The position numbers and the translations under genes were made by a program. The notes beneath the pieces were generated by a model that saw only the letters and a program-made list of their open reading frames with translations, was not told the origin of the DNA and did no database searches. 64,000 nucleotides of DNA, taken from NCBI GenBank assembly GCA_002414905.1, contig DIAY01000212.1, positions 51,697 to 115,696 of the forward strand, in the 5' to 3' direction. Every line of letters begins with the position of its first letter. Positions within the stretch are counted from its first letter, which is position 1. This DNA comes from Holophagales bacterium UBA5066 (GTDB lineage Bacteria; Acidobacteriota; Thermoanaerobaculia; UBA5066). Below are positions 8,001-17,461 of this stretch, piece after piece.

Positions 8001-10183
8001 ACGCTCTCCTTGCTCTCGGCCTGCTTCTGCGCTTCGGGAACCCCGACCTCTGGCACCCCTCGTTCGGAGGCGAGAAGCCGATGGCGTTCGCCTTCCTCAA
8101 CACCCTGCTCCGGACGACTGAATTCCCGCCGCAGCACCCCTGGTTCGCGGGCGGGACGCTGAACTACTACTACTTCGGCTACGTCCTTTCGGCCCTGCCG
8201 GCGCGCCTCCTCGGCATCGTCCCCGCTGTGGCCTACAACCTCGCCGTCCCGATGTTCTTCGCTCTGGCCGGGGTGGGCGCGTTCGCGGTGGGGCACTCTC
8301 TCGTGAGGTCCGCCTCCGCCCGGGGTGAAACGCGTGCGGCGGGGCGGCCTCTTCTCGCCGGCCTTCTCTCCACCGCGCTGCTCGTCCTTCTCGGAAACCT
8401 CGGGCAGGTCCGGCTCCTCCTGCGCGCGCTTCAGGCGCTCGGGGGAGGTACCACCTCTCGCTTCGACCCGCTCATGGCCGCCGTCGGCGCACTGAGGGCG
8501 CTGCTCGGCGCCCCCCTCCCGATCCGGCCCGAGGAGTGGTACTGGAATGCGACGAGGCTCATTCCCGCCGTCGCCGGTCGCGGGAACGAGATCACCGAGT
8601 TTCCCTTCTTCACATTCCTCTTCGCGGACCTTCACCCACACCTGATGGCGCTCCCACTCGGCCTCTTCCTCCTCGCGTGGGGCCTCGCGGTCTACGGCGG
8701 GAGCCCGAAAGGACGCGCGGGGTGGATTGCCGCACTGGCGCTCGGGGCGCTCGCGCTCGGTGCCGTCCGCGCGACGAACCCCTGGGACGGACCGATCCTG
8801 ACCGTCGTCGTCGTGGCAGCTGCCGCCGCAGCGGGTTTCGCCCGGGCGCCGGGAGCCGGGCGACAGCGCAGGTTCAGCCTCGCCGGCGCGTGGGCGCTTG
8901 CACCGGTGTTCTTCTCCTTCGTCCTCTTCAGGCCGTTCGGCGCCTCCTACGCAGCTCCTTACACCGACGTCCTGCGATTCACCGGAGAAGCGACGCCCCT
9001 CGCCGCGTGGCTCTGGCTCTGGGGTGTGCCGGCATTCGCCGTGGCCGGTCTCATCGCCTATGAGCTGGCCCGCCGCCTCGCCGAGACACCGGCGTCCGTC
9101 CTCGGTGAGGCCGCCTTCTGGCGGGGTCCGGTCGTTCTCGGGTTCGCGGCCTCGGCCGTCGTCCTCGCCACATTGCTCGTGGCCGGCGTCCCGGCGGCAC
9201 TCGTCGCCTGGCCGCTCGCCGCGGCCGCGCTCGCGGCAGCCGTCCGGCGCGACGCGGGGCTCGGCCCCGAGCGCCGGGCCGTGCTTCTCCTGGCCGCGAC
9301 TGCGTTTCTCGTCACGATCGGCGTCGACCGCTTCGCCGTTGGCGGCGATCGGATGAACACCGTCTTCAAGCTTTCCTTCCAGGCCTTCGCGATTCTGGCC
9401 GTCGTGTCGGGGCCCGCCCTCGCGTGGACCGTCGCGGCCTTGCGCGCCAGCTCCGCTCCGAGATTCGGCGGGTGGCACGCCATGGTCGCTCTCCTCCTTC
9501 TCGGGGCCGCGCTCTATCCGCTGACGGCGACGCCCGCACGCCTGGCTCAGCGCTTCCCGCGCGTTCAGCCCGGCAGCGGATGCGTGCCGTTTTTGGACGT
9601 CCCCACACCGCCTTCCGCACCACCCGGCGCGGACGTGGAAGGTCCTCCCCACGGTCTCGATGGCACCGCGTTCCTCCGAGGTGCGGCGCTCTGCGAGTCG
9701 GGGCGGTTCATCCCTCTTCGCTGGGATGGGGAGGCGATTGCATGGCTCCAAGCTCACGAGAAGGGTTCGCCCGCCCTTCTCGAGGCGGTCCTGACGGAAT
9801 ACCGCTGGGGTTCGCGTTTCAGCAGCGAGACCGGGATTCCGGCGTTCGCCGGCTGGAGCTGGCACGTTCGTCAGCACCGTGCCTCCGTACCGGGGGACGT
9901 CGTGACGAAGAGGATCGAGGAGGTGGCTGCTTTCTATTGCAAACGCCTCTCGCTTCCGGGGGAGGTCCCCGCCGAGGGCTTCATCACCGTGGACGAGGCG
10001 CGCCGTTTCCTCGCGCACAACCGCGTCCGCTGGGTCGTCGCGGGTCTCCTCGAACGAGCCGTCTACCCGGAGGAAGGGCTGGCAAAGCTTCCCCAGCTCG
10101 AGCGGCTGGGAATTCTCGAGGTGGCCTACCGCAACCCGGGGGTCACGCTCTACCGCGTCCGCGTCGACCAGAGCTCACGGTAG
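5054..10183 (+). CDS. giant polytopic membrane protein: N-terminal GT39/ArnT-like (GT-C) domain fused to a DUF2298 / Chlor_Arch_YYY domain, putative glycosyltransferase
   Basis: 1709 aa. There are many predicted TM helices, an HPDEYG loop motif near the N-terminus, and the diagnostic LNYYYFGYV and WYWNATRLIP...EFPFFTFLFADLHPH motifs of the YYY family. Confidence 0.75.
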   Translation: MNEPSLLDLVRSLATRKRLLRLLLVAVAFGSLAMAASLLLSPGVSLLRPLAWVVSAVALGEAARLAGRTKVGETPVATPVEVLRRRPSARTFALLAVVLVGIGFRVSWLSWDEGALLHPDEYGLTGTLTRLSFPKNAAEWFDTRLSPMSPYPHYDVDGQRLPGKAPDEAMRWGQWPQFLIRGTAELLSGRPEAPGEDFTRFADLRLLGRRLSAVTSVLTLGLLFLLARRLTSPPTALLATALAALAPLALQQSRFLTVDGFAALFATAALLPVVRIAAPRDGERGPKAPAALFGLLAAMAVASRLNLAPIVLLLPLALLLRERGVPLSALLRRAAGPVFLGAIVFLATFRVTQPMSFRAPRGETTPFTLTLNADWLRNVELARSESALETSAPPAEQWAGRTRLLFPSLNTFLWGLGIPGGLLALAGLGLSLAAIAKGSARAGPGTLVLLAWTVAFFLFMAMRPVSSVRYFLPLYPLFAFFGALALERLEERLRTRGARLAAVVPAAAVLFALAWAWGFTGIWRRPNTRIAASRYLYANLPAAANVVLDGGEGPRRIPLRDGRSRVVSEEATGLPIPAGTVGALRRVEFPHVWGPPGSEIRIAIRKSGSSAPLAEGTFPVPPTRHHPLGDAAAVSVGPLALQPGQDYEVVLSARGGSVTITSSVLLSETWDEVLPCALAGLDGRLYDGRLLAVRGPDNAVKRDAVLAAVAEADAIVLSSPRSLWVVPRLPLNHPFTMAYYRALFDGRLGFAAAPASPFQAPLRLGPLWISDVAGAMSWRRPPVLPLAAPGPFAAEEAFFVYDHAPVWVFTRVAQRSPAELDAILPASLLLDVVPQTPLQASAAPDGLMLPPDRLARDAAGEGRNDAPSPDSRLNRSPALTILAWLALLALLGLAGLPFTAAAFSRLPSAAFAFARFAGLLLSAWLSWLLASLRVVPFGRGAILVALFFVLLASGTLAWRNRVSLLELLRRERRTLLATELLFYALLALGLLLRFGNPDLWHPSFGGEKPMAFAFLNTLLRTTEFPPQHPWFAGGTLNYYYFGYVLSALPARLLGIVPAVAYNLAVPMFFALAGVGAFAVGHSLVRSASARGETRAAGRPLLAGLLSTALLVLLGNLGQVRLLLRALQALGGGTTSRFDPLMAAVGALRALLGAPLPIRPEEWYWNATRLIPAVAGRGNEITEFPFFTFLFADLHPHLMALPLGLFLLAWGLAVYGGSPKGRAGWIAALALGALALGAVRATNPWDGPILTVVVVAAAAAAGFARAPGAGRQRRFSLAGAWALAPVFFSFVLFRPFGASYAAPYTDVLRFTGEATPLAAWLWLWGVPAFAVAGLIAYELARRLAETPASVLGEAAFWRGPVVLGFAASAVVLATLLVAGVPAALVAWPLAAAALAAAVRRDAGLGPERRAVLLLAATAFLVTIGVDRFAVGGDRMNTVFKLSFQAFAILAVVSGPALAWTVAALRASSAPRFGGWHAMVALLLLGAALYPLTATPARLAQRFPRVQPGSGCVPFLDVPTPPSAPPGADVEGPPHGLDGTAFLRGAALCESGRFIPLRWDGEAIAWLQAHEKGSPALLEAVLTEYRWGSRFSSETGIPAFAGWSWHVRQHRASVPGDVVTKRIEEVAAFYCKRLSLPGEVPAEGFITVDEARRFLAHNRVRWVVAGLLERAVYPEEGLAKLPQLERLGILEVAYRNPGVTLYRVRVDQSSR

Positions 10184-12265
10184 GCCGACGCGGGCGGCCC
10201 GGCCGCCAGGCGTTTCGGCAGGCGCCTCGACGCGGAGGAAGCCGTGGTCGGGCCCTGCGGCGGCGACACGCAGGACGTTCGCCCGCGGGAAGAGGCGCAG
10301 GAGCTCGTCGAGGCCCCCTTCGTCTCGCGGTGACAGGAGGAAGAGGAGTGCGCCGTCCGGATCGAAGTCCTTGCGTCGCTCATCAACTCCACCAAACGCC
10401 GGCCCGAGCGCCTTGACGAGCGGGCGCTCCGCAGGGCCGAGGCCCGGGGAACGCCCTGCGAGACCCGCTTCCATGGCCACGGCCCGGTCGTCGGCCCCAT
10501 GAGGCACGCCGACGACGAAGACGTTTCCCGCCCGCCCTCCGTTGTGAACGAACGCAGCGACCTCCGCCGCCATTTCGCGATGAGGGTGAGCCGCGGCGGC
10601 GTAGGCAGGGAGCCAGGCCTCGAGGAGAACGGCGCGCGCAGACAGGGCCGGTCCGATCAGGAGGAGCGCGGCAACGGCGGCCGATGCGGCTTTGCATCCG
10701 CGCGCGCGGGACGTTCGCACGGCCCACGCGAGCCCCGAGCCGGCGACGAGAATTACCGGCGCGAGAGCGCCGCTGGCGCGCGTCGTGCTCGGGTTCTCGA
10801 TTGGATGGGCCGCAGCGACCGCGGAGGGGAGGAGAAGAAGGACGACCGAGGCGGGGACGAGGAGGGCGGCCCGGTCACGCCTCCGGAGCGCGCCCGCCAG
10901 GATGAGCCCGACCCCGGCAGCGAAGAGGCTGCCCGTGACGGGATCGAGGAAGGGTCGTCCTGGGGCACCCTGGAACCAGCCTCGGTCTCCGGCAACGTGG
11001 AGAGCGGCCAGCGCTGGCTGCACTCCGTGAAGAAGATCCGGGACGCGCCGGAGGAGGGCGCCCGAGGGGTCCGACGCGTCGGTGTCGCCCAGGACCCGGG
11101 TCCGGGCGCGAGCCCAGAACTCCCGGGGGTACTCCGCCGCATAGCGGGCGAGCGGCACGACGCAGGCGCCGGCGACGAGCACCAGGGCGAAGAGGCCGCG
11201 CCGGAGGCGATCCCGGGCCGGGCGGGTATCACGAACGGCCAGCAGCGCCGCGGCTGCGACGAGGAAGGGGAGGAAGCGTACGGACTGGTACGTGTAGAAA
11301 CCGAGACCGAGGACGACTCCGGCCGCGAGGAAATCGCGTCTCCTGCCCTCCCGTGCGGCGCGCAGGAGAAATGTGAGAAGGAGGAGAGTCACCGCGGGCA
11401 GCAGGACGATTCGCAGGCCGAGACGGGAGAGGACGAGGTGCCACCCGGAGACGGCGGCGAGCCCCGCGGAAGCGAGGCCAGCGGCCTGGGCCGCACGGCG
11501 TCCGCGTGGCCGGGCCAGCTCGTGGGCTGCCAGGAAGAAGAGAGGGATCGTGAGCGTCCCTTCGAGCGCGGTCAGGAAGGTCAGCTCCGAGAGGCCGAAG
11601 CCGAACCCGGGAAGCAGCGCGAGAAGGGCGAGGAGGTACATCTGGAGAGGCTCGCGCCCCCCGTTCGTGGCGCAGAAGACGGGGCGGGCGCCGTCGGCGA
11701 TGCGGACCGCATCGAGAGCCTTCTCCACGTGATCGCTCGTCGGCTCGGGGGGGACTGCGGAGAAGGCGCCGAACCGCAGGGCGCCGCCGGCCAGCGTGAG
11801 AGCGAGGAGCGTCAGAAGGGCTGCTCGCGACGGGAGCGCGAAATTCGGTCTTCTTGCCTCCTCTGGAGCCGAGAGACCCCGGAGGAGCGAAGCGATCGAG
11901 GCTCCCCAGGCGAAGAGCCCGAGGAGAGTGAAGCGGTTCTGTCCGTTCCAGAGGGCGGCGCCGACGGCCAGGAGAAGTCCCGAAACGACCCAGGCCGGGC
12001 GGCTCGCGAAGGCAGGGGCGGGAGAGTAGTCCGTCGCGGGCCTGAGGACGCCCCCCGCGGGCGACTTCGAGAAGGAACCGACCCACCTTCGTCCGAAGGC
12101 CGGGAGCCCGCCGGGAATCGTCGCGAGCGCGGCTGCCACCGCCGCCGCCGCGAGGAATGCCGTGCCGAGGCCGGGCGCGCCTCGCGGCGCGAGAGAGGCG
12201 CCGGCGAAGGCGAGCGCGAGGGCGACACCCGCGTGAACGCTCGCTCTCCCGCGGTCGAGGGTCAA
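10175..12265 (-). CDS. GT39/PMT_2-like (ArnT-family) membrane glycosyltransferase-like protein
   Basis: This is the C-terminal 697 codons of minus ORF 10175..13870. The product is polytopic (FYTYQSVRFLPFLVAAAALLAVRD). The proposed TTG start at 12265 overlaps the symporter stop as TTGA. The upstream part of that ORF lies antisense-shifted inside the symporter gene and is rejected. Confidence 0.55.
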   Translation of the reverse strand: MTLDRGRASVHAGVALALAFAGASLAPRGAPGLGTAFLAAAAVAAALATIPGGLPAFGRRWVGSFSKSPAGGVLRPATDYSPAPAFASRPAWVVSGLLLAVGAALWNGQNRFTLLGLFAWGASIASLLRGLSAPEEARRPNFALPSRAALLTLLALTLAGGALRFGAFSAVPPEPTSDHVEKALDAVRIADGARPVFCATNGGREPLQMYLLALLALLPGFGFGLSELTFLTALEGTLTIPLFFLAAHELARPRGRRAAQAAGLASAGLAAVSGWHLVLSRLGLRIVLLPAVTLLLLTFLLRAAREGRRRDFLAAGVVLGLGFYTYQSVRFLPFLVAAAALLAVRDTRPARDRLRRGLFALVLVAGACVVPLARYAAEYPREFWARARTRVLGDTDASDPSGALLRRVPDLLHGVQPALAALHVAGDRGWFQGAPGRPFLDPVTGSLFAAGVGLILAGALRRRDRAALLVPASVVLLLLPSAVAAAHPIENPSTTRASGALAPVILVAGSGLAWAVRTSRARGCKAASAAVAALLLIGPALSARAVLLEAWLPAYAAAAHPHREMAAEVAAFVHNGGRAGNVFVVGVPHGADDRAVAMEAGLAGRSPGLGPAERPLVKALGPAFGGVDERRKDFDPDGALLFLLSPRDEGGLDELLRLFPRANVLRVAAAGPDHGFLRVEAPAETPGGRAARVGLP

Positions 12266-13815
12266 CCTTTCGTCCGCTCCCCGGTCCAGTACGGCGTCTC
12301 GATGCCGATGTCCCGGACGGAGACGAACCCTTCCTTCCCCCCGGTCCTCTCGTAGTGCCGAAGCGCCGCGAAGACGTGTTTGCCCCCGATCAGGATGATC
12401 GGGACGTTGGCGGAGGCGACGAGGATGTTCACGAGATCGGTGACGTACCAGATGTTGCCGAGCTGGAGGTCGGCGAGGACCGTCAGGACTCCGAACGGCA
12501 CGAAGACGAGGGCTCCGACGGCGCGGAGGCCGAGGATGAAGCGCCTCTCCCGCGAGAGCATGTTCGCGCTGATCTCGGCGAAGACGATCATCCCGATGAG
12601 CGTCGTGAAAGCGAAGAGGGCGTAGCTGACGGAGAGGAGCACCTGGACCGTCGCGTCGAAGGACGTTCCCGGGACGAGGTGGCGCGCCGAGGACATGAAG
12701 ACGAGGAGCTTGTCGGCCTTCTTCGCCTCCCACGCGAAGGCGTCCGGGACGGTCCAGAGCCGCGCCATGACCGTCACGAAGCCGGCCATCGAGCAGATGA
12801 TCACGGTGTCGAAGAAGACGCCCATCGACTGGACGAGCCCCTGCTCGACGGGGTGCCGGTTGTCGGCGGCGGCGGCGGCCATCGTGATCGTTCCTTGCCC
12901 CGCCTCGTTCACCATCAGGCCGCGCTTGATCCCCTGCTGGAGGGCGACGCCGAAGGCCCCGCCGAAAATCGCCTCGGGCGCAAAAGCTCCCGCGAAGACG
13001 GACGCGAAGAAGTAGGGCACGAGCCGCCAGTTGACGACGACGAGGACGAAGACGACCCCGCAGTAGAGGACGGCCATGAACGGGACGCAGAGGTCGGTGA
13101 AGCGGATGACGCGCTTGAGCCCCCCGAGGACGAGGGCGGCGACCGAGACGATCAGGAGCGCCCCGATTACGAAGTAGACGGGGGAGGTCCTCCCGTACGG
13201 CGTTCCGGCGATCGTGCTCGCGACCGAGCCGAGCGCCGTGAAGAGGTGAAAGGTCTGGCTCGGGACGTTCAGGAGGGCGTAGGTGATGAAGAGCGCCGCG
13301 AGCGTGACGCCGATCCAGCGGCGGCTTCCGAGGATGCGCATGCCGTAGAACGGCAGCCCGCCGACGAACTCGCTCTCCTTCTTCTCCTTGAAGAGCTGGG
13401 CGAGGGTCGCCTCGACGAAGCCGGTCGCCATGCCGAACGTACCCGCGACCCACATCCAGAAGAGCGCGCCCGGTCCCCCGACCGTCACCGCGCCGGTGAC
13501 CCCCATGATGTTTCCCGGGCCGGCGCGCATGGCCGAGCTGAGCATGAAGGCGGCAAACGGGCTGATTCCGGTCTCCGTCGCCTTGCGGTCCATCACGATC
13601 CGGACGCTCTCGCCGAAGCGCCGGAGCTGGACGCCGCCCGTCCGGATGGTGAACCAGACGCCCGTCCCGATGAGCATGAGCATCGCGAGCGAGAACTCGC
13701 CGAGGATCGGGATTGCCGCCCACGCGGCGACGTTCTTCGGGAAGTCCCACAGGAGGTCCGAGATCGGGACGAAGAACGCGAAGAGGTTGTTGACGACCTC
13801 GAAGATGTGGTTCAT
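12262..13815 (-). CDS. alanine/glycine:cation symporter (AGCS family)
   Basis: 517 aa. Sequence is typical AGCS: ...GGPGALFWMWVAGTFGMATGFVEATLAQLFKEK... Confidence 0.9.
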   Translation of the reverse strand: MNHIFEVVNNLFAFFVPISDLLWDFPKNVAAWAAIPILGEFSLAMLMLIGTGVWFTIRTGGVQLRRFGESVRIVMDRKATETGISPFAAFMLSSAMRAGPGNIMGVTGAVTVGGPGALFWMWVAGTFGMATGFVEATLAQLFKEKKESEFVGGLPFYGMRILGSRRWIGVTLAALFITYALLNVPSQTFHLFTALGSVASTIAGTPYGRTSPVYFVIGALLIVSVAALVLGGLKRVIRFTDLCVPFMAVLYCGVVFVLVVVNWRLVPYFFASVFAGAFAPEAIFGGAFGVALQQGIKRGLMVNEAGQGTITMAAAAADNRHPVEQGLVQSMGVFFDTVIICSMAGFVTVMARLWTVPDAFAWEAKKADKLLVFMSSARHLVPGTSFDATVQVLLSVSYALFAFTTLIGMIVFAEISANMLSRERRFILGLRAVGALVFVPFGVLTVLADLQLGNIWYVTDLVNILVASANVPIILIGGKHVFAALRHYERTGGKEGFVSVRDIGIETPYWTGERTKG

Positions 13816-13909
13816 CCGTCCCTTTCCGTACGCGACTCGCGATCAGGTGCGCCGCGTCCGCGGGCGGCATTCTCCCCCAGGGGCGCGCCCCGCCCGCGAG
13901 GGGCCGGCT

Positions 13910-15766
13910 TCAGCCGGACAGCTCGGCCCAGCGCGCGTAGAGCCGGTCGACCTCGGCCTGAGACTCCTCGATCTCCCGGGCGAGAGCGACGAGGCGGGGC
14001 CCGTCGCTGACGACCTCGGGCCGATGACACTCGGACTTCAGCGCCTCGAGCTTCTCCTCGGCCGTAAGGATTCTCGGTTCGATTCCACCCAGCTCGCGCT
14101 GTTCGAGGTAGCCGAGCCGGCGCTTCCCGGTCTTCCCCGGTGGGGCGGCCGCGTCCGGGGCGGATTCCTGCCGCGCGTCGCGTCCCTTCTCCGCCTTCGT
14201 GACCGCCGCCGCGCTCTCGCGTCTCTCCTTGCGCCAGCGCTCCCACTGGTCGAGGCCGGCCAGAGCCGTCACCCCGCTGCCTCCCTCGGGGTCGAAGGCG
14301 AGGAGCGAGTCCGTGGCGCGGTCGAGGAAGGCGCGATCGTGGGAGACGAGGAGAAGCGCGCCGGGAAAGTCGGAAAGGCTCTCCTCGAGGACGTTCAGCG
14401 TCGCGAGGTCGAGGTCGTTCGTCGGCTCGTCCAGGACGAGGAGCTGTGCCGGGCTGAGCATGAGCCGCGCTACGAGGAGGCGACTCTGCTCGCCGCCCGA
14501 GAGGCGCGAGACCTTCATCTCCGCCTGCTCGGGTGAGAAGAGGAAGCGGTCGAGCCAGCTGCGGACGTGGATGAAGCGCCCGCGGTACTCCACCTGGTCC
14601 CCCTCCGGGCAGACCGTCTCCTTCACCGTCGCGTCCGGATCGAGCGAGTCGCGCCCCTGCTCGAAGAGGGCGACCGAGACGCCTTCGGCGCGCGTCACCG
14701 TTCCCGTGTCGGGCCGCTCCGTACCGAGGAGGACGCGCAAGAGCGTCGACTTGCCACAGCCGTTCGGCCCGATGAGGCCGAGGCGGCTGCCCGGCCGCAG
14801 GAGGAGGTCGAGTCCCGAGAAGAGCGTCCGCCCGCCGTAGCCTTTCGAGATCCCCTCGGCGACGAGAAGCCGCTTCGGCGCACGCCCTGCCCCGGTGAAG
14901 TCGATCTTCGCCGTCCTCGCGACGTTCCGTTCGGCGATCGACTCGATCTCGTCTCCGAGGGCCTCGGCCCTTTCGATGCGGGCCTTCTGCTTGGTGGCCC
15001 GAGCTTTCGGGCCGCGCCTCAGCCACTCCGTCTCGCGCCTCAGGACGTTGCGCAGGGACGACTCCCGGCTCTCCTGGGCGGCCAGGAGCACCTCCTTGGC
15101 CTCGAGCCACTTCTCGAAGCCGCCGGGTACCGAGAGGAGGCCGCCGGGGTTGCGCCGGTCGAGCTCGAGGATCCGTGTCGCCACCCGGGTCAGGAAGAGT
15201 CGATCGTGTGTGACCGTCACCGTCGCGAACGGTGCGCGCGAGAGAAGTTCTTCGAGCCAGACGATGCTCTCGACGTCGAGGTGGTTCGTCGGTTCGTCCA
15301 GCAGGAGAAGGTCGGGCTGCCGCACGAGCTCGCGGGCGAGGGCGACTCGCTTCTTCTGCCCTCCCGAGAGCGTGGACACGAGACTGTCGGGTCCGATGCC
15401 GCCGGTCGTCAGCGAGAGCTTCGCGAGCGCCTCGTCGGTTTTCAGCTCGGCCTCCCACGCCACGTCCTCGCCGTGGGAGACGTGGGCCTGCGCCCCCTCG
15501 AGGACGACGGACCTCACGGTCGCCCCTTCCGCAAAGCTCGGGATCTGGGGGACGAGGCCGACGGAGACGCCTCCCTGGAAGATGACGGTGCCGTCGTCGG
15601 GCGGGATCTCCTGGGCGAGGATCGTCAAAAGTGTCGATTTCCCCGCGCCGTTCGGCCCGATCAGCCCGATGCGCTCGTCGCGCTCGATCCCGAACGAGAG
15701 GCCGGAAAAGAGAGTTCGGGTGCCAAACGCCTTCGACAGGCGCTGCGCGGCGACGAGAGGTGGCAC
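13910..15766 (-). CDS. ABC-F family ATP-binding cassette protein (two tandem ABC domains, no TMD)
   Basis: Two Walker A motifs (GPNGAGKST, GPNGCGKST) and two signature motifs (LSGGQKKR, LSGGEQSR) are separated by a charged linker. Confidence 0.9.
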   Translation of the reverse strand: MPPLVAAQRLSKAFGTRTLFSGLSFGIERDERIGLIGPNGAGKSTLLTILAQEIPPDDGTVIFQGGVSVGLVPQIPSFAEGATVRSVVLEGAQAHVSHGEDVAWEAELKTDEALAKLSLTTGGIGPDSLVSTLSGGQKKRVALARELVRQPDLLLLDEPTNHLDVESIVWLEELLSRAPFATVTVTHDRLFLTRVATRILELDRRNPGGLLSVPGGFEKWLEAKEVLLAAQESRESSLRNVLRRETEWLRRGPKARATKQKARIERAEALGDEIESIAERNVARTAKIDFTGAGRAPKRLLVAEGISKGYGGRTLFSGLDLLLRPGSRLGLIGPNGCGKSTLLRVLLGTERPDTGTVTRAEGVSVALFEQGRDSLDPDATVKETVCPEGDQVEYRGRFIHVRSWLDRFLFSPEQAEMKVSRLSGGEQSRLLVARLMLSPAQLLVLDEPTNDLDLATLNVLEESLSDFPGALLLVSHDRAFLDRATDSLLAFDPEGGSGVTALAGLDQWERWRKERRESAAAVTKAEKGRDARQESAPDAAAPPGKTGKRRLGYLEQRELGGIEPRILTAEEKLEALKSECHRPEVVSDGPRLVALAREIEESQAEVDRLYARWAELSG

Positions 15767-15949
15767 CGCCTGACGTTAGCAGAGGCCCGGGCCTGGCGCG
15801 GAGACTCGGCAGCCCGGGGCTTCGGGATCGCCCGAAGCGACCGGGTGCCGGCGGAAATCTCCGGGCTTTACGAAACCGTGGATTCCGTCGTATACGCTTC
15901 GGCCCGGATGCGCCCGGCCGCGCCCGGCCGCACCGCAAGGAGACAATCC

Positions 15950-16999
15950 ATGATCAAAAGCCTCGGCTACGGAACCACCGCCCCTGCCGCCCCTCTCGGC
16001 CGCCTCGAGATCGACCGTCGCGACCCCGGCCCGAAGGACGTGAGGATCGAGATCCTCTTCTGTGGCATCTGCCACTCCGACCTCCATACCGTTCGCAACG
16101 AGTGGCACGGCACGACCTACCCCTGCATTCCCGGCCACGAGATCGTCGGCCGCGTTTCGGCCGTCGGCGCCGAGGTGAAGCGCTTCAAGGTCGGCGAGAC
16201 CGCCGGTGTCGGCTGCATGACCGACTCCTGTCGCACCTGCCCGAGCTGCAAGGACGGCTTCGAGCAGTTCTGCCACAAGGGCTGCGAGTTCACCTACAAC
16301 AGCCCCGACCCGCACCTGGGCGGGATGACCTACGGTGGCTACACGAACGTCATCGTGGTCGACGAGGCCTTCGTTCTTCGCGTCCCTGAAGGGCTCGACC
16401 CCGCGGCCGCCGCGCCGCTGATGTGCGCCGGCATCACGACCTACTCGCCGCTGCGCCATTGGGGCACCGGTCCCGGCAAGAAGGTCGGCATCGTCGGCCT
16501 CGGCGGTCTCGGCCACATGGGAGTCAAGCTCGCGCACGCGATGGGAGCGCACGTCGTCCTCTTCACGACGTCGGCCGGGAAGGTCGCCGACGCAAAGCGC
16601 CTCGGTGCCGACGAGGTCGTCCTCTCGAAGGACGAGAACGCGATGAAGTCGCACGCCGGAAGCTTCAACTTCATCCTCGACACGGTCGCGGCGTCGCACA
16701 ACCTCGACGCCTACACCAGCCTCCTCGGTCGCGACGGCACGCTCTGTCTCGTCGGGGTGCCCGAGCTTCCGCACCCGTCCCCCGCCGTCTTCAACCTCAT
16801 CTTCGGGCGGAAGAGTCTTGCCGGCTCGCTCATCGGAGGCATCGCCGAGACGCAGGAGATGCTCGACTTCTGTGCGGCCAAGAAGACCCCGGCCGACATC
16901 GAGCTGATCCCGATCCAGAAGGTGAACGAGGCCTACGAGCGGATGTTGAAGTCGGACGTGAAGTACCGCTTCGTCATCGACATGTCCTCGCTGAAGTAG
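15950..16999 (+). CDS. NAD(P)-dependent zinc alcohol dehydrogenase (cinnamyl-alcohol/YahK-like)
   Basis: The product MIKSLGY... contains GICHSDLH, GHEIVGRV and GLGGLGHMGVKLA. AAGGAG lies 7 nt upstream of the ATG. The upstream part of ORF 14567..16999 is antisense junk. Confidence 0.9.
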   Translation: MIKSLGYGTTAPAAPLGRLEIDRRDPGPKDVRIEILFCGICHSDLHTVRNEWHGTTYPCIPGHEIVGRVSAVGAEVKRFKVGETAGVGCMTDSCRTCPSCKDGFEQFCHKGCEFTYNSPDPHLGGMTYGGYTNVIVVDEAFVLRVPEGLDPAAAAPLMCAGITTYSPLRHWGTGPGKKVGIVGLGGLGHMGVKLAHAMGAHVVLFTTSAGKVADAKRLGADEVVLSKDENAMKSHAGSFNFILDTVAASHNLDAYTSLLGRDGTLCLVGVPELPHPSPAVFNLIFGRKSLAGSLIGGIAETQEMLDFCAAKKTPADIELIPIQKVNEAYERMLKSDVKYRFVIDMSSLK

Positions 17000-17061
17000 A
17001 AAGCTCCATTCGCCCGGCGCCGCCGCTCCCCGCGGCGGCGGGCCGGGCGGAGAATCCCGTC

Positions 17062-17430
17062 ATGCCGCACCTCGTCCTGGAGTATTCCGCCAACGTTCTC
17101 GACGAGCCGGATCTCAGGCGCGTCCTCCTCGACCTGCACGAGGCGGTGATGGCCTCGGGCCTCTTCGAGAGGAAGGACATCAAGAGCCGCGCCGTGAGGC
17201 ACGACGTCTTCGCCGTCGCGGATGGCGCCGAGGACCGGGCCTTTGTGGCTCTGTCCATCGCCATCCTCGACGGGCGTCCCGACGACGTGAAGGCGGCGCT
17301 CGCAGAAGCCGCCCTCGAGGTCCTCGTGGGCTCCTACCCGAAGCTCGTCGCCGGCGGACGCGGGGCGATCAGCGTGGAGATCCGCGACCTGCACCGAGCG
17401 AGCTATCGGAGGGTGCAGGTCCGGGACTAA
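17062..17430 (+). CDS. 5-carboxymethyl-2-hydroxymuconate isomerase-like (tautomerase superfamily) protein
   Basis: 122 aa starting MPHLVLEYSANV. Both size and N-terminus are typical of the CHMI family. Confidence 0.7.
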   Translation: MPHLVLEYSANVLDEPDLRRVLLDLHEAVMASGLFERKDIKSRAVRHDVFAVADGAEDRAFVALSIAILDGRPDDVKAALAEAALEVLVGSYPKLVAGGRGAISVEIRDLHRASYRRVQVRD

Positions 17431-17461
17431 TAGCCTGGTGGGAAGCTCGGACGCTCCCGGC

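Noticed and set aside
6881-10018. 1045-aa antisense ORF inside the giant GT-C gene, together with other long opposite-strand or alternate-frame ORFs (99..782 +, 5374..7635 +, 10499..12355 +, 12157..14010 +, 25116..26621 -, upstream part of 14567..16999 +)
   Set aside because: Their translations are Arg/Gly/Glu/Pro low-complexity. Each overlaps a gene with a clear family signature on the other strand or frame. Long stop-free antisense frames are expected at ~70% GC.
13816-13909. Possible glycine riboswitch in the leader of the AGCS symporter
   Set aside because: GGGAGA and GGAAAGGGAC-like pieces are present, but the conserved CGCCGAAGGAGCAA core is absent and the leader is only ~95 nt.
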